Source: Thermoanaerobaculia bacterium (GTDB lineage: Bacteria > Acidobacteriota > Thermoanaerobaculia > UBA5066 > Gp7-AA6). From it: a stretch of DNA of 64,000 bases. The stretch spans positions 8,625 through 72,624 of the forward strand of contig DATJZU010000035.1 in NCBI GenBank assembly GCA_035498835.1, read 5' to 3'. Of the stretch, positions 62,430-64,000 are shown in pieces. A program made the position numbers and the translations under genes. Each line of letters starts with the position of its first letter. The stretch's first letter is position 1. The notes under the pieces were generated by a model, which had not been told where the DNA came from, searched no databases, and worked only from the letters and a program-made list of their open reading frames with translations.

Positions 62430-63314
62430 TTAGCCCTTCTCCCCCTTCCGCGGGCGCAGCGCCTCGAACGCCGCCGCGAGGCGCTCGCGCGGCACGCGGC
62501 GATAGTCGGAGAACTCGCCGGCGCCGGCCAGCCATTCGCCGCCGTCCATGGTCACGCAGTCGCCGGTCTGGAACGGGCAGAGGTCCGACATCAGGAACGT
62601 CGCGAGCGCCGCGATCTCCTCCGGCGTCCCGAACCGCCCGAGGGGGATGCGCCCGAGCGCGTTCTTCTTCGCTTCCTCGCTGGCCATGAGGCGCGAGAAG
62701 GCGCCCTCGGTCGGGATCGGGCCCGGCGCGATTCCGTTCAGCCGGATGCCGAAGGGCGCCCATTCGACCGCGAGGGAGCGTGTCATGGCGAGCACTCCCG
62801 CCTTGGCGCAGGCCGAGGGCAGCGCGAACGCGGTCCCGGTCTCCACGTAGGTCGCGAGGATCGAGACGATCGCCCCGGGGGCGCGCCGCTCCATCAGGTG
62901 GCGGCCGACGGCGAGCGTGCAGTTCACCGAGCCGTAGAGGACCGTGCGCACGACGGCGTCGAAGCCATTCGGAGACAGCTTCTCGGAGAACGCGAGGAAG
63001 TTTCCCGCGGCGTTGTTGACGAGGCCGTCCACCTTGCCGAAGCGCGAGACGGCGAAGCGCACGAGCGCCGCGACCTCGTCCGGCTCGCGGACGTCGGCCG
63101 TCAGGTGCGCCGCCCGACCGCCTTCGCGCGCCGCGGCGGCGATCTCGCGCTCGGCCGCCACGAGGCGCTCGCGTCTCCGTCCGGCGATCGTGACGTGCGC
63201 GCCGTGCGCCGCGAAGGCCTTCGCCATCGCGAGGCCGAGCCCCGAGCCGCCTCCGGTGACCAGGATCGAGCGGCCGGACAGGATCCGAGGATCGAAGAGC
63301 GCGCGCGAGCTCAC
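62430..63314 (-). CDS. SDR family oxidoreductase (2,4-dienoyl-CoA reductase-like)
   Basis: VTGGGSGLG and NNAAGNF motifs. GTG start overlapping the upstream S9 peptidase stop (GTGA). Confidence 0.8.
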   Translation of the reverse strand: MSSRALFDPRILSGRSILVTGGGSGLGLAMAKAFAAHGAHVTIAGRRRERLVAAEREIAAAAREGGRAAHLTADVREPDEVAALVRFAVSRFGKVDGLVNNAAGNFLAFSEKLSPNGFDAVVRTVLYGSVNCTLAVGRHLMERRAPGAIVSILATYVETGTAFALPSACAKAGVLAMTRSLAVEWAPFGIRLNGIAPGPIPTEGAFSRLMASEEAKKNALGRIPLGRFGTPEEIAALATFLMSDLCPFQTGDCVTMDGGEWLAGAGEFSDYRRVPRERLAAAFEALRPRKGEKG

Positions 63315-64000
63315 TTCTTCGCGGCGAGGTACCGGTCGAACCAGCCGACGCTCCGGCGAACGATGTCGTGCTGGTGCTCGAGCCTCCGGATGCCGTGCCC
63401 CTCGTCCGGGTAGATGACGAGCTTTGTGTCCACGCCGAGCGCCTTCAGCGCGTGCCAGAACTCGTAGCCCTGCGGCGTCGGGACCTCGGAGTCGCGGTCA
63501 CCGTGCAGCACGAGCGTCGGCGTCTTGACCTTCTTGATGAACTCGATCGGCGAGGATCGCGCATACACGGCCGGGTCGTCGTACACCGAGGCGCCGAAGA
63601 ACGGCAGCATCCAGGTGTCGATCTTGTTCTGGCCGTAGTAGCTGCGCCAGTCGACGATCCCCGCGCCGGCCACGGCGGCGGCGAAGCGGTTCGTCTGCGT
63701 CACCGCCCACATCGTCATGTACCCGCCGTAGCTCCAGCCGATGATCCCGAGCCGCGCCGGGTCGATGGGCGCCGCTTTGAGCGCCTCGTCCACGCCGGAG
63801 AGAATGTCGCGCAGATCGCCGCCTCCGAAATCCTTGACGTTGCCCTGCGTGAACTTCTCGCCGAAGCCGTAGCTTCCGCGCGGGTTCGGCAAGAAGACGA
63901 AATAGCCCTGCGACGGAAGCGCGCCCGTCCAGCGCGAGGGCCACGCGATGCGCTGGTCGGAGGACGGGCCTCCGTGCACCGAGACGATCATCGGATACCG
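63311..64000 (-). CDS. S9 family serine peptidase (prolyl oligopeptidase/acylaminoacyl peptidase catalytic domain), 5' end beyond window
   Basis: GWSYGGYM nucleophile elbow. The frame stays open to the window edge upstream of the track's internal Met. Confidence 0.8.
   Translation of the reverse strand, partial: RYPMIVSVHGGPSSDQRIAWPSRWTGALPSQGYFVFLPNPRGSYGFGEKFTQGNVKDFGGGDLRDILSGVDEALKAAPIDPARLGIIGWSYGGYMTMWAVTQTNRFAAAVAGAGIVDWRSYYGQNKIDTWMLPFFGASVYDDPAVYARSSPIEFIKKVKTPTLVLHGDRDSEVPTPQGYEFWHALKALGVDTKLVIYPDEGHGIRRLEHQHDIVRRSVGWFDRYLAAKK

Noticed and set aside
1-64000. CRISPR arrays, tRNA/rRNA genes, transposases/integrases, prophage or defence-system genes
   Set aside because: Scanned intergenic regions and ORFs and found no direct-repeat arrays, no cloverleaf-compatible segments in the short spacers, and no nuclease, recombinase or helicase signatures. 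The window appears to be core or accessory chromosome without mobile elements.

Overview
High-GC (roughly 70% by eye, not computed) bacterial chromosomal segment, densely coding on both strands. No rRNA, tRNA, CRISPR array, transposase or integrase was seen. Because of the GC content, every real gene is shadowed by long Arg/Ala/Pro/Gly-rich junk ORFs on the opposite strand or in other frames. I kept only ORFs with domain-like, compositionally normal sequence. Gene starts are often GTG/TTG with weak Shine-Dalgarno sequences. Adjacent genes very frequently overlap by ATGA/GTGA, which implies translational coupling.

Main content:
(1) nt ~460-22700: a cell-envelope glycopolymer locus. It holds a 1.8k-aa single-polypeptide enzyme (pyruvyltransferase, coiled coil, GT4, GT2, GT4, Zn-ribbon methyltransferase) coupled to a GT-C membrane glycosyltransferase. 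It also holds three secreted proteins ending in a cysteine-containing variant of the S-layer-homology (SLH) domain, a hotdog-thioesterase/NodB-like multidomain protein, a GT4, a standalone methyltransferase, Wzm/Wzt ABC exporter, a second GT4-GT2 enzyme and UDP-GlcNAc 2-epimerase. I interpret this as an ABC-transporter-dependent pathway for a pyruvylated polymer that anchors the SLH proteins.
(2) nt ~25400-29700: a three-subunit molybdenum hydroxylase-family enzyme in 4-hydroxybenzoyl-CoA-reductase gene order, whose FAD subunit carries a Cx15Cx7Cx8C insertion.
(3) Housekeeping and accessory genes: M23, M1-like x2, M28, S9 and S33 peptidases, SodC, PLP decarboxylase, an OmpR/HK pair, a tightly coupled thiolase/crotonase/aminotransferase/MFS operon, QueF, DedA, tandem BNR propellers plus VWA protein, and a fused E2-E1o 2-oxoglutarate dehydrogenase.
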